Numbered from the stretch's first letter, positions 49,788 to 59,746 are shown. The stretch is DNA of 64,000 nt from Candidatus Multivoradales bacterium (GCA_965223325.1 CBDCWI010000002.1:672001-736000); one strand, 5' to 3'. Notes: generated from the sequence alone by a model not told the origin. Translations and numbers: made by a program.

Positions 49788-50363
49788 CGAGGGGCGCGGT
49801 CGTCAACGATTTGGTCGTCGGTTGGCGTACCTCGAGCAAGATGCATGGTTGGCGTTCGTACCACACCCCTCGCTACAGTCACCCTTGCGGCGATCGCGGT
49901 CCGGTGTGTCGGCCGCCTTCGTGGGCGCTCGCCCTGCAGGTGCGTCTTTGGACTTTGAAGGTCCGGCGCGCGCCGCGGATTCTTGGCTTCGTTGCCGCGC
50001 TCTACGCGTCCGGAAATGGAGTCCTTTCGCATCGTGCCTGCTGACCTTGAGGGAACAGTGCGCGTCGCGGGTTCTGGCCTTCGTTGCCACGCTCTGCGCG
50101 TCCGGACATGGAGTCCTTGTGCATCGCAAATGAAGGAGTGCGTTCGGGGCAACTAACCAACCCGGCCGCGGCGGCGGGCAGCACACTCCGGCGAAAAGGT
50201 GTCAACCGGCCGTTCGCCAGGAAACCCATGCTCCCTACGCGTTCTCACGATCCACGTTTCATCGAAGGCAAGAATCCGCGGCGCGCGCTCGAACCCTCGA
50301 ACGCCAAAGACGCGCCGGCAGGGCGAGCGCCCACAAAGGCCGCCCCCACAACGGACCGCTTGG

Positions 50364-52272
50364 ATACGCCGGGATAAACCGGCATGGAGAAAGGAATGAG
50401 AGAGTCCCACCCTCGAAGGGGTAGCGACCCAGAGGGTCCCCGAGTCATGCGCCGGCTCCCGCGAGGGTGCGGTGAAGCGTTGACAGGGGCACACACAGGC
50501 CGGGTATTGAGCCGCGAAATAAGAATTTGGGAGTGCCGACGCTGTCAAGCGAAGCGGAAGGCGAGACTCCGTAGCGCGCTATCGCGAGCTCTGCGGCGAC
50601 TCCCCGCGGTCGTAGACCCTGTGCATGTGTGGAATCTCCATGCGCGAGAACCGGGAGATCCGCGATCTGGCCAGTTGGGTATCTGGTCCGCATCGGGAAG
50701 GCTAGAGGCCGTAAGCCGATGACGCACGGATGGCGGAAGTCAGACAGGCCCGTAGTACCTGCGAAGTCGTCGAACAACGGTGGGAGACCAGCGGCGGAGG
50801 CGGTGGAGGGAAGGGGCCTGGCCAAGGGGAACACGGGCAAGCAAAACGCACCCCGGACACAGAGCCGGATGGAGAGTGCGAGCAATGCGCTGGGTCGTGT
50901 ACGAGAAGCCGCCCGCAGGGGCAAGGAAGTGAAGTTCACAGCGCTTCTTCACCACATCACGGTCGAGCGACTCCGGAGCGCATTTGACGTGTTGCACCGA
51001 GACGCAGCGGCAGGAGTGGACGGAGTGTCATGGAGCGAGTACGCAGAATCTTTGCTGAGCAATCTCGAGGACCTGCACTCTCGTGTCCACCGTGGGAGCT
51101 ACCGGGCGAGTGCGACTCGTCGCGTCTACATCGAGAAATCGGATGGGCGGTTCCGACCGCTTGGCATCGCCACGTTGGAGGACAAGATCCTTCAGCGCGC
51201 CGTCGTCTCGGTGTTGGATGCGATCTACGAGGAAGACTTTCTCGGGTACTCATACGGATTCAGGCGAGGCCGCAGCCAGCACGATGCTTTGGATGCGCTA
51301 TTCGTTGGAATCACAAAGCGGAAGGTGAACTGGGTGCTCGACGCAGACATTCGTGGGTTCTTCGATGCCCTGGACCACGAGTGGCTGGTGAAGTTTCTCG
51401 AGCACCGTATCGGAGACCGTAGGATCCTTCGCCTCATCCAGAAATGGCTGAGGTCCGGAGTGATGGAAGACGGTAAGTGGCACGCGAGCACGCGGGGGAC
51501 TCCTCAGGGGGCGACGATTTCGCCTCTCCTCGGGAACGTGTACCTGCACTACGTGCTCGATCTCTGGGTCCAGCAGTGGAGGAAACGCAACGCGCTTGGG
51601 GACATGATCTTCGTGCGCTACGCGGATGACTTCATCGTTGGATTTGAGAGGCAGGAGGAGGCAGAACGATTCCTCGAGGAACTGAACCTGCGACTCCGTG
51701 ACTTCTCGTTGGAGATCCAACCCGAGAAGACGCGCCTGCTGGAGTTTGGCCGCTTTGCGGCCTACAACCGACGCGCGCGAGGTCTCGGGCGGCCGGAGAC
51801 CTTCGAGTTTCTAGGCTTTACGCACTGCTGTGCGCAGTCTAGTCGAGGGAGGTTCTTGCTGAAGCGCATCACGAGCCGCCACCGAATCCGCAGGACACTG
51901 AAGGCTGTCGGTACGGCCCTTCTGGGACACCGACACTCGCCGCTACCAGAGCAAGGTCTCTGGCTGGGATCCGTGGTGCGAGGCTTCAATGCCTACTACG
52001 GCGTACCCGGCAACTCAGCGGCGTTGAACGCCTTTCGACAGGAGGTCATTCGGCACTGGATGCGCGCTCTGCGCCGACGCAGTGACAAAGACCGCACGTC
52101 CTGGAAACGGATGTGGGCCCTGGTGGCCCACTACCTACCCAAAGCCCGAGTCCAACATCCCTGGCCTGATGAGCGACTTGTCGTCAATACCTGAGGCAGG
52201 AGCCCAGTGCATTAGCAGTGCACGCTGGGATCTGTGCGGGGGGCGCCGGGCAACCGGCGCTCCTACCGCGAT
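50364..52272 (+). mobile_element. Group II intron copy 2 (En-minus, bacterial class E-like)
   Basis: Domain V about 52200-52233, domain VI ending CCTACCGCGAT; candidate EBS1 TCAAGCG (50545-50551) pairs with exon CGCTTGG (50357-50363). Confidence 0.93.
50719..52194 (+). CDS. ltrA: Group II intron reverse transcriptase/maturase
   Basis: Protein identical to copy 1 in the ORF track; YADD motif. Confidence 0.95.
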   Translation: MTHGWRKSDRPVVPAKSSNNGGRPAAEAVEGRGLAKGNTGKQNAPRTQSRMESASNALGRVREAARRGKEVKFTALLHHITVERLRSAFDVLHRDAAAGVDGVSWSEYAESLLSNLEDLHSRVHRGSYRASATRRVYIEKSDGRFRPLGIATLEDKILQRAVVSVLDAIYEEDFLGYSYGFRRGRSQHDALDALFVGITKRKVNWVLDADIRGFFDALDHEWLVKFLEHRIGDRRILRLIQKWLRSGVMEDGKWHASTRGTPQGATISPLLGNVYLHYVLDLWVQQWRKRNALGDMIFVRYADDFIVGFERQEEAERFLEELNLRLRDFSLEIQPEKTRLLEFGRFAAYNRRARGLGRPETFEFLGFTHCCAQSSRGRFLLKRITSRHRIRRTLKAVGTALLGHRHSPLPEQGLWLGSVVRGFNAYYGVPGNSAALNAFRQEVIRHWMRALRRRSDKDRTSWKRMWALVAHYLPKARVQHPWPDERLVVNT

Positions 52273-52491
52273 CGCCGCAAAGGTGACGCTCGTAGGGCCC
52301 GTGGTAAGAAGCACGGGCCCTACGAGACCTGAGTGAAACCTACTCAGGGAATATCCCGTATCAGGTGCGGGTTTTCTCAGTCCGTCGATGAAGATTCGCC
52401 GAAGTTGGCCTAGATTTGCTAGATTTCGGTTGCCGATACACCTTCCGTGGCCCTTCGAGGGGCGGAAGCAGCCCCTGGAAGGGAGCACACT

Positions 52492-54954
52492 TTGAGCGAA
52501 AACAAGAAGTTCACCATTCCCCTGGTTGCCCTTCGGCAGCTGGTCCTGCTGCCGGGAGTGACCCTGCCGGTCGTGGCAGGTCGTCCACGCACCCTGCGGG
52601 CAATCGACGCCGCGACGTCAGATTCCGACAACAACCCCGACCAGCTCATCTTTTGCGTGCTGCAGCGTGAAAACTCCGATGAGATCGATCCCGGCGCGCT
52701 GCACACCATCGGCACGCTCGCTCGCATCGACCAGATCCAGCGCGGTCTCGGTGGCGCACAACTCCTGGTCAGTGGCCTGAAGCGCGCCATCGCACTGCGC
52801 ATCGAAGACAAGGACGGTCACTACGAGGCCACCGTTACCGGGGCCGAGGAGATGATGCCGCAGGATGACAAGGACCTGGCCTTCGTCGCCTTGCACAAAG
52901 AGGCGCGTCAGCGGGCCAGTGAGCTCGGGCAGAAGACTGGCCTGCCGTCTGAGATCACCGAGCAGGTGCTCTCATCGGTCGATCATCCGGGACGCTTCGC
53001 CGACATGGTCGCGGGCTACCTCGATGTCGACGTCAGCGAACGACAGCGCATCCTCGAGACTCTCGATATCGAAGAGCGCCTGCGACGCATCCTGATGCTG
53101 ATCGGGCGCCAGCTGGGTGTCCTCGAAGCGCAGCAGGACATCAAGAGCGCCGTCCAGGAAGAGCTCGGTGACCGACAGCGCGAGATGTATCTGCGCGAGC
53201 AGCTCAAGGCGATTCAGCGCGAGCTCGGCGATGATGACGGCTCCGACGATGACCTAGAAGAGCTGCGTGAACGCCTCCAGGCTCTCGATCTCGAGCCGGC
53301 GGCGCGCAAGGAGGTCGACCGTGAGCTCGGCCGTCTCGGTCGCATGAACCGTGAATCGATGGAGACTCAGGTCATTCGTTCCTTCCTCGAGACGGTGGCC
53401 GAACTGCCATGGAACGAGCGCTCCGTGGATGCCCTCGACCTCCTCGCAGCGAGCGAGATCCTCGACGAAGATCACCACGGCCTCGACGACGTCAAGGATC
53501 GGGTGCTCGAGTTCATGGCGGTACGCCAAATGCGCCAACGTCGCGGCGCAGCAGAACAGGACACCGACAGCGAAAACGGCGCCCAAAGCCAGAAGCGCGC
53601 CGAAGGTCGCAGCCCGATCCTGCTCTTCTCGGGGCCTCCGGGAGTTGGCAAGACATCGCTGGCGCGCTCGATTGCACGCGCAATGGGCCGTGAGTACGTG
53701 CGCATTTCGCTCGGTGGTGTACGCGACGAAGCGGACATTCGTGGCCATCGGCGGACCTACGTTGGCGCGATGCCCGGGCGCATCATCAAGGGCATGAAGG
53801 AGGCGGGGACGCGCAATCCGGTCTTCCTGCTCGACGAAGTCGACAAGCTGGGTGCGTCCATGCACGGTGATCCGGCCGCCGGCCTGCTCGAGGTCCTCGA
53901 CCCAGCGCAGAACGACAGCTTTACCGACCACTACCTGGGTATCCCCTTCGATCTTTCCGAAGTGATGTTCATCGCGACCGCAAACTTCGTCCAGAACATC
54001 CCCGGACCGCTGCTCGATCGCATGGAAGCCATCGACTTCTCCGGCTACACCGAGGGCGAGAAGCTCGAGATCGCGCGCCGCTATCTGCTCCCGCGTCAGC
54101 TCGAAGAAGGTGGCCTGACCAGCGCGCAGCTCGAGGTCGGAGACGACGCTCTACAGGCAATCATCGCGCGCTACACCCGCGAGGCCGGCGTCAGGCAGCT
54201 CGAGCGCGAGCTCGGTCGAGTGGTGCGCAAGGTGGCCCGCAAGCTCTCGACCTCGGCACCGGAAACGTCGATCCGTCTCGATGCGGAAAGCCTCACCGAG
54301 TTGCTCGGTCGCGAGAAGGTCCACCCTGAGCGCGCCGCCGAAGCCAGCGCAGTCGGCATCGCAACCGGGATGTACTACACCCCGGTCGGGGGCGACATCA
54401 TGTTTGTCGAAGTTTCGACCATGTCGGGCAAAGGTGAGCTGGTGCTCACCGGGCAGCTCGGCGACGTGATGAAGGAGTCGGCGCGCGCCGCCTGGAGTTG
54501 GGCACGCGCAAATGCCGACCGTCTCGGGATTCCAGCCGAGCGCTTCGAAAGCGACGTGCACATCCACTGCCCCGCAGGAGCGATTCCCAAGGACGGTCCC
54601 TCCGCCGGCGTAACCATGGCCACCGCCCTGGTTTCCGCACTCAGCGGCCGCACTGCGCGTCATGACCTCGCCATGACCGGCGAGATCACGCTCTCGGGTC
54701 GAGTACTTCCGATTGGCGGCGTCAAAGAGAAGCTGCTGGGTGCTCTGCGCGCCGGAATCGACGAGGTCGTGATCCCGAAGGAGAACGAGAAGGATCTCGA
54801 CGACCTCAGCGACGACGTACGCAGTCGCCTGGAGATCACTCTCGCCGGCACCCTGGACGAGGTCCTCGACGCAGCGCTCAGCGGACCGGTCGACGCGCCT
54901 GTCCTGCATGAAGACCCGGCGGGTGGCGACGAACTGCCCGGCGAAGCGAACTGA
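52492..54954 (+). CDS. lon: ATP-dependent protease La
   Basis: LON N-domain, [39 protein letters not shown]; TTG start after GGGAG. Confidence 0.96.
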   Translation: MSENKKFTIPLVALRQLVLLPGVTLPVVAGRPRTLRAIDAATSDSDNNPDQLIFCVLQRENSDEIDPGALHTIGTLARIDQIQRGLGGAQLLVSGLKRAIALRIEDKDGHYEATVTGAEEMMPQDDKDLAFVALHKEARQRASELGQKTGLPSEITEQVLSSVDHPGRFADMVAGYLDVDVSERQRILETLDIEERLRRILMLIGRQLGVLEAQQDIKSAVQEELGDRQREMYLREQLKAIQRELGDDDGSDDDLEELRERLQALDLEPAARKEVDRELGRLGRMNRESMETQVIRSFLETVAELPWNERSVDALDLLAASEILDEDHHGLDDVKDRVLEFMAVRQMRQRRGAAEQDTDSENGAQSQKRAEGRSPILLFSGPPGVGKTSLARSIARAMGREYVRISLGGVRDEADIRGHRRTYVGAMPGRIIKGMKEAGTRNPVFLLDEVDKLGASMHGDPAAGLLEVLDPAQNDSFTDHYLGIPFDLSEVMFIATANFVQNIPGPLLDRMEAIDFSGYTEGEKLEIARRYLLPRQLEEGGLTSAQLEVGDDALQAIIARYTREAGVRQLERELGRVVRKVARKLSTSAPETSIRLDAESLTELLGREKVHPERAAEASAVGIATGMYYTPVGGDIMFVEVSTMSGKGELVLTGQLGDVMKESARAAWSWARANADRLGIPAERFESDVHIHCPAGAIPKDGPSAGVTMATALVSALSGRTARHDLAMTGEITLSGRVLPIGGVKEKLLGALRAGIDEVVIPKENEKDLDDLSDDVRSRLEITLAGTLDEVLDAALSGPVDAPVLHEDPAGGDELPGEAN

Positions 54955-54992
54955 GCTGAGCTGGCTGGCTCCACGGCCAGCCTACTGAGAGA

Positions 54993-55020
54993 CGAGGCTC
55001 CGGCGCACCCCGGAGCCTCG
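54993..55020 (+). terminator. GC-rich hairpin after lon (possible terminator, no U-tract)
   Basis: CGAGGCTCCGG / CCGGAGCCTCG 11-bp stem. Confidence 0.35.
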
Positions 55021-55060
55021 GCGCTTGACCCTGGCGCCCTGGGAGCCAGAGAATGCTGCG

Positions 55061-55462
55061 GTGAATCCCGACTCTGTCTCGCCCGTGGAGCACTCGACAG
55101 CAACAGTCTCGACGGCTGAGGATACGCTCGGCAAGAGCGGCTACGGCAACCTTCGCGACCTCGCCCTTCCGGTCCTGGTCTCGTCGTGTAGCAACATCGT
55201 GCTGGCGTGGCTCTACCTGCGTTCAGGCTGCCTAGGACTCGTCCTGACCGGTCCTATGGTCCTGCTCGCCGTCCAGGAGTTTCTGTACTTTGGGCACCTA
55301 CCCCGAGAGGGGTACGAAGAGTTGAAGCGGCGCGGTCGCCTGATCGGGCTGTTCGAGCTCGGGATCGGGGTCTTCAACCCCGTGGCGTTCGTTTGCGGCG
55401 TCCTGCTTCTACTCGCCCTGCGGCGGAGGGCTCGGTCAGCCCAGCCAGCGTCGGCAACCTAG
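55061..55462 (+). CDS. Hypothetical membrane protein
   Basis: 3-4 hydrophobic segments; start uncertain; stop codon supplied by the downstream repeat's TAG. Confidence 0.5.
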   Translation: MNPDSVSPVEHSTATVSTAEDTLGKSGYGNLRDLALPVLVSSCSNIVLAWLYLRSGCLGLVLTGPMVLLAVQEFLYFGHLPREGYEELKRRGRLIGLFELGIGVFNPVAFVCGVLLLLALRRRARSAQPASAT

Positions 55463-55624
55463 TACCCCGTACCATTGGAACGGATAGTGGCTGAGTGGAT
55501 GATCGTGCTCGATATCAAGGCGTCACGACGCAGGCATATTGGTCTTCTGTCGAGGAGTGACAACGCAGAGATCGAGTGCGAGGAACGCTCAGACGCTGTG
55601 CGGTTCAATGGTACGGGGTACTAG
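55459..55624. mobile_element. ERIC-like miniature inverted-repeat element A
   Basis: 19-bp perfect TIR CTAGTACCCCGTACCATTG / CAATGGTACGGGGTACTAG; internal AAGGCG...AACGCAG core. Confidence 0.75.
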
Positions 55625-55786
55625 TGCATCGTCCCCGAAGTTCGGGCACGACAGCGGAAGTCAGTTTCGTTCGTTGTCCAGGCGCCAGGAGGCAGGAATA
55701 CTGGGAATCTGTCGACGACCGGCAACGACGGCAGGGGGCGAAAGAGGCCGCGGGGTGGTGCGCGAACTTCGGAAACGATGCACCAG
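55621..55786. mobile_element. ERIC-like miniature inverted-repeat element B
   Basis: About 32-bp imperfect TIR CTAGTGCATCGTCCCCGAAGTTCGGGCACGAC / GTGGTGCGCGAACTTCGGAAACGATGCACCAG; related core. Confidence 0.7.
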
Positions 55787-55872
55787 ACCCGGGCTGCTAG
55801 AGTCTCCTCGCGCAAGAGCGGCCTGGACCTATGCAGCGGCCACCAGCTGAGAACGCTCGTCGCCATTCCCCC

Positions 55873-58116
55873 ATGCTTCCCTCCGCTCTTCGATGGGCGC
55901 GTTCAGGTCTCGAGTTGACCTGCGCCGCCGCTACCACCCTCGGCCTGCTTGCCGCCTTGTGTTCACCCGTCTCCGCTGCCGGCCTCGGCAGCCGGCAGAG
56001 TCCAATGAGCGCGCCGCCGAGCATCGCCGCTCTGCACACAGAAGACGACCTGCGCGTCGACGGTGTCTTTGACGAAGCCGCCTGGAGCACCGCAATGGCC
56101 GGCGGTGGCTTTGTCCAGCACGATCCCTACGACGGTGTACCCGCCACCGAGGATACCGAGATCCGCGTGCTGTACACGTCCTCGACGCTCTACGTCGCGG
56201 TCATCGCCCACGACTCTAAGCCGGAAGCAATCACGGCGCGCGAAATGTCGCGCGACGGGGCACTGCGGCGCGACGACAGCATCATCCTTTTACTCGACAC
56301 GTTCCACGACGGCCGCAATGCCTACTTCTTCGAAACCAATCCCAACGGCGCCCGCGGTGATGCTCTGATCACTGACGAAGGTCGCGACGTGAACTTCGAG
56401 TGGGACGGCATCTGGGCGGTGGCATCACGCACCACTGCCACCGGCTGGCAGGCCGAGTTCGCGATTCCCTTCTCTACCCTGCGCTACGAACCCGGCCTCG
56501 AAACCTGGGGTCTCCAGGTGTCACGCCAGGTTCAGCGCTTGCGCGAGGAGAGCTTCTGGGCACCGGCGCCGCGCGAGGCCGACGTCTTCCGCATGTCACT
56601 GGCCGGAGACCTGACGGGTATCGACTTGCGCTCGCCCTCGCGACAGCTCGATGTCAAGCCGTACATCGTTGCCGCGGCTCGCCAGGACGAGGAAACGGAC
56701 ACCTCGAGCGAAGACGCCGATCTCGGCCTCGACATCAAATGGGGAATCACCCGAGGACTCACCCTCGATCTGACCTACAACACCGACTTCGCGGAGGTCG
56801 AAGTCGACGACCAGCGCGTCAACCTGACGCGTTTCTCCCTCTTCTTTCCCGAGAAGCGTGAGTTCTTCCTCGAGAACGCCGGCATCTTCGAGTTTGGCCA
56901 GCGCAGCGGTCGCCGGAGCTTTGGTTCACCACTGCTCAAGATCTTCTTCTCTCGCCGTATCGGTCTGGTCGACGGCGAACGGGTTCCCATCGAGTGGGGT
57001 ACCCGACTCACCGGCCGAATGGGCGAGTGGAGTCTCGGGGTACTGGACGTACAGACCGACAGTCTGGTGACCGAGGAGCTCGATATCTTCGGCGAAACCA
57101 ACTTCGGCGTCGTGCGAGTCAAGCGCAACCTCGGTGAGCGCTCGAGTATTGGTGCGATCTACACCCGTCGCTCCGAACGTGGCGCCGCAGACAACCAGGT
57201 CTACGGCATCGACGCCGACTGGAACCCCACCGATCGCATCAATGTCAACGGTTTCTTCGCCCAGAGCGACGACGACGACCTCCGCACCAGCGACGACACC
57301 GCGGTTGGTGCGAAGGCGAGCTTCGAGGGCCGTGAGCTCACTGCTGGGCTCGAGGTGCAACAGATCGAGGGTGACTTCAACCCCGAGGTGGGCTTTCTCT
57401 TGCGCGAAGACATCAGGCGCTACAAACCGCAGATCGAGTGGAACCCGCGGATCGAGAAAGCCGGCATCAGGTCCCTCTCTTTCGAGATCCAATCCGAGTA
57501 CGTCGAGAAGATCGACGGACCGCTCGAGTCTCACAACCTAGAACTCACATACTTCGGCGTACGCACCTTCAAGAACGACGGCTTCCGCCTGCGCATCGAG
57601 CGTGACGACGAGCGCCTCTTCGAAGAGTTCGAGATCTCGGACGGAGTCATCATTGCGCCCGGCCGCTACACGTCCGATCCGCGGTTCGGCATCTTCGGTT
57701 TCACCAGCGAGGCGCGGCTCTTTTCCATGCGCGGAGGCCTCGAGCGTGGTGGCTTCCTGAGCGGTGACCGCGACAGCGTGTTCCTGCGTCTCGCCGCCCG
57801 GCCTTCGAAGTTCTTCCGCGCCTCCACTGGCTACTCCTACAACATGGTGGATCTTCCAGAAGGCCAGTTCAGCACCCACGTCGTCAACCAACGGTTCGAC
57901 GTGTCGTTCACGCCCGACCTCTTGTGGAACAGTACCGTGCAGTGGAACGATGCGAACGACACGCTGGGAATCAACCTGCGCTTGAACTGGATCTATCGCC
58001 CAGGAGCCGACCTGTTCGTCGTCTACAACCAGACCTGGGACACCCCAGCCGGTGCCACCACCACAACGCGTGATCGCGCCTTCCTGGTGAAGTTCACCTA
58101 TCTGTTCCGCGGCTAG
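55873..58116 (+). CDS. CBM9-like + DUF5916 outer-membrane protein
   Basis: VDGVFDEAAW, LDTFHDGRNAYFFETNPNG, YNTDFAEVEVD, FFPEKREFFLE, FFSRRIG, C-terminal KFTYLF. Confidence 0.88.
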   Translation: MLPSALRWARSGLELTCAAATTLGLLAALCSPVSAAGLGSRQSPMSAPPSIAALHTEDDLRVDGVFDEAAWSTAMAGGGFVQHDPYDGVPATEDTEIRVLYTSSTLYVAVIAHDSKPEAITAREMSRDGALRRDDSIILLLDTFHDGRNAYFFETNPNGARGDALITDEGRDVNFEWDGIWAVASRTTATGWQAEFAIPFSTLRYEPGLETWGLQVSRQVQRLREESFWAPAPREADVFRMSLAGDLTGIDLRSPSRQLDVKPYIVAAARQDEETDTSSEDADLGLDIKWGITRGLTLDLTYNTDFAEVEVDDQRVNLTRFSLFFPEKREFFLENAGIFEFGQRSGRRSFGSPLLKIFFSRRIGLVDGERVPIEWGTRLTGRMGEWSLGVLDVQTDSLVTEELDIFGETNFGVVRVKRNLGERSSIGAIYTRRSERGAADNQVYGIDADWNPTDRINVNGFFAQSDDDDLRTSDDTAVGAKASFEGRELTAGLEVQQIEGDFNPEVGFLLREDIRRYKPQIEWNPRIEKAGIRSLSFEIQSEYVEKIDGPLESHNLELTYFGVRTFKNDGFRLRIERDDERLFEEFEISDGVIIAPGRYTSDPRFGIFGFTSEARLFSMRGGLERGGFLSGDRDSVFLRLAARPSKFFRASTGYSYNMVDLPEGQFSTHVVNQRFDVSFTPDLLWNSTVQWNDANDTLGINLRLNWIYRPGADLFVVYNQTWDTPAGATTTTRDRAFLVKFTYLFRG

Positions 58117-58910
58117 CCACTCAGTACCGCGGAGAGAAAGGCGTCGCCGCCCTCGGTGTGTACGTTGTGGCCAACGCCCGCGAGCACCACCAGGCGCGCG
58201 TTCGGAAAGTAGCGGCGAGCCGCCGCAAAGCCCTCGTCGGTGATGTAGTCCGAGTCACCACCGGCGATGAACTGACATGGCCCCAGGTAGCGATCGTCAT
58301 CGTCGAGGGGGTTCTCGAAGATCGCCGCCGGTCTCTCTTTCAGAATCTCGAGTGGAATCGACCACCGGTAGCCGTCTCCCGAGCGCGCCAGGTTGGTGAG
58401 GAGAAACAGCCGCGTGGCACGGTCTGGAATCGCCTCCAGTAGCTGTTCCTCAGCATCGCTGCGGGTTCTGACCTTGGTCAGATCGACGGCCAGGAGAGCG
58501 TCGAGGATCTCGGTACCCACCACATAGTCCACCGGTGCAATGTCGAGCACCGAGAGGTCAGCGATGCGTTCCCCGACGTCAGAGGCCAGCCGCATGGCGG
58601 TTTTGCCACCCATCGAATGCCCAATCAGACGCACTCTTTCGAGGCCCGACCCATCGAGGTAGCGGAGCACGTCAGCAGCCATTGCCCGGTAGTCGTGTGG
58701 CCGGGCGTGCGGAGAGCGACCGTGGTTTCGCAGGTCGAGAACATGGACCGGACCGCCGGAAGCCAGCTTGCGCGCCACCGCAACCCAGCTCCGCGACGAG
58801 CCGTAGAGCCCGTGCAGCACGACGATGGGCAGGGCGTCGGCGGGCGCATCGGGCGCCGCCTCGAAGGTTCGCCCGACCAGCTCGACCGGAACGGAACCAG
58901 CCTCAGTCAC
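58113..58910 (-). CDS. Alpha/beta hydrolase (YbfF-like esterase)
   Basis: HGLYGS, DLRNHG, GHSMGGK, DIAP, GHNVH; GTGA overlap with the SDR gene. Confidence 0.9.
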   Translation of the reverse strand: MTEAGSVPVELVGRTFEAAPDAPADALPIVVLHGLYGSSRSWVAVARKLASGGPVHVLDLRNHGRSPHARPHDYRAMAADVLRYLDGSGLERVRLIGHSMGGKTAMRLASDVGERIADLSVLDIAPVDYVVGTEILDALLAVDLTKVRTRSDAEEQLLEAIPDRATRLFLLTNLARSGDGYRWSIPLEILKERPAAIFENPLDDDDRYLGPCQFIAGGDSDYITDEGFAAARRYFPNARLVVLAGVGHNVHTEGGDAFLSAVLSG

Positions 58911-59734
58911 TGGCTCATGTGCCAGCCGCCGTTGGGCGATAGCACCTGGCCGGTGACGAACCGGGCCTCTTCGGAGGCCAGATAGACGGCTGCCCAGGCG
59001 ATGTCGTCGGCGTCGCCGAAGCGGAGCATGGGCGTCTGGGCGGCGATCAGGGCGCGGGCGTCTTTGAGCACCCGAGTCATGTCGGTATCGATCCAGCCTG
59101 GCGCGATGGCATTGACCCGAATACCGCGGCTCGCCGTTTCGCGCGCCACCGCTCGGGTAAAGCCGAGAATCGCCGCCTTGGCTGCACAGTAGTGACTCGA
59201 CCCACTGCCGCCCGCCGTCCCCATGATCGAGCCGAGATTGATGACCGAACCACTGCCCGCCGGAGCCATCACCCGTAGCGCCGCCCGCGTGCAGTAGAAC
59301 GTCCCGTTGACATGCACATCGAACATGTGGAGCCACTCGTCGTCAGTGAGCTCGATCGTTCTGTCGTCATGGTCGGTGATGTGGCCCAGAGTGGCAACCT
59401 GCTCGGCACGCTGCATCATCGCCTGGAGCCGCTCCTCGACCCACCGCTCGCTCTTGTTCTCGAGACCGTTGATCCCGGCGTTGTTGACCAGAATGTCGAG
59501 GCCGTTCCAGTGAGACGCGGCTTCCTCGATCGCCCGGTCGACCCCCGCTCGATCGGTGACGTCGAGGGTTTGCGCCACTCCGTCGATCTCCTGGGCAACA
59601 CGCGCGGCACCCTCGCCGTCCCGGTCAGTGACCACGACCCGTGCACCCTCCTCGGCGAAGCGCCGGGCAATCGCCTCTCCCAGGCCGCGCGCGGCCCCCG
59701 TGATCAGGGCTGTCTTGCCGAACAGACGATCCAT
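58907..59734 (-). CDS. SDR family oxidoreductase
   Basis: TGAARGLG, NNAG, YCAAK, NAIAPG. Confidence 0.92.
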   Translation of the reverse strand: MDRLFGKTALITGAARGLGEAIARRFAEEGARVVVTDRDGEGAARVAQEIDGVAQTLDVTDRAGVDRAIEEAASHWNGLDILVNNAGINGLENKSERWVEERLQAMMQRAEQVATLGHITDHDDRTIELTDDEWLHMFDVHVNGTFYCTRAALRVMAPAGSGSVINLGSIMGTAGGSGSSHYCAAKAAILGFTRAVARETASRGIRVNAIAPGWIDTDMTRVLKDARALIAAQTPMLRFGDADDIAWAAVYLASEEARFVTGQVLSPNGGWHMSQ

Positions 59735-59746
59735 CCTCTTCTTCTC

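Larger units (their letters stand above)
49783..52326. repeat. Composite inverted-repeat element (hairpin-arm-core-arm-hairpin) carrying intron copy 2 in its right arm
   Basis: Left arm 49878-49994 is an imperfect reverse complement of 50260-50363 + 52273-52287; hairpin caps at 49783-49877 and 52289-52326. Confidence 0.8.

Noticed and set aside
28737-50363. Composite transposon or genomic island between the introns
   Set aside because: Content is housekeeping; no transposase or integrase; introns do not mobilise flanked DNA that way.
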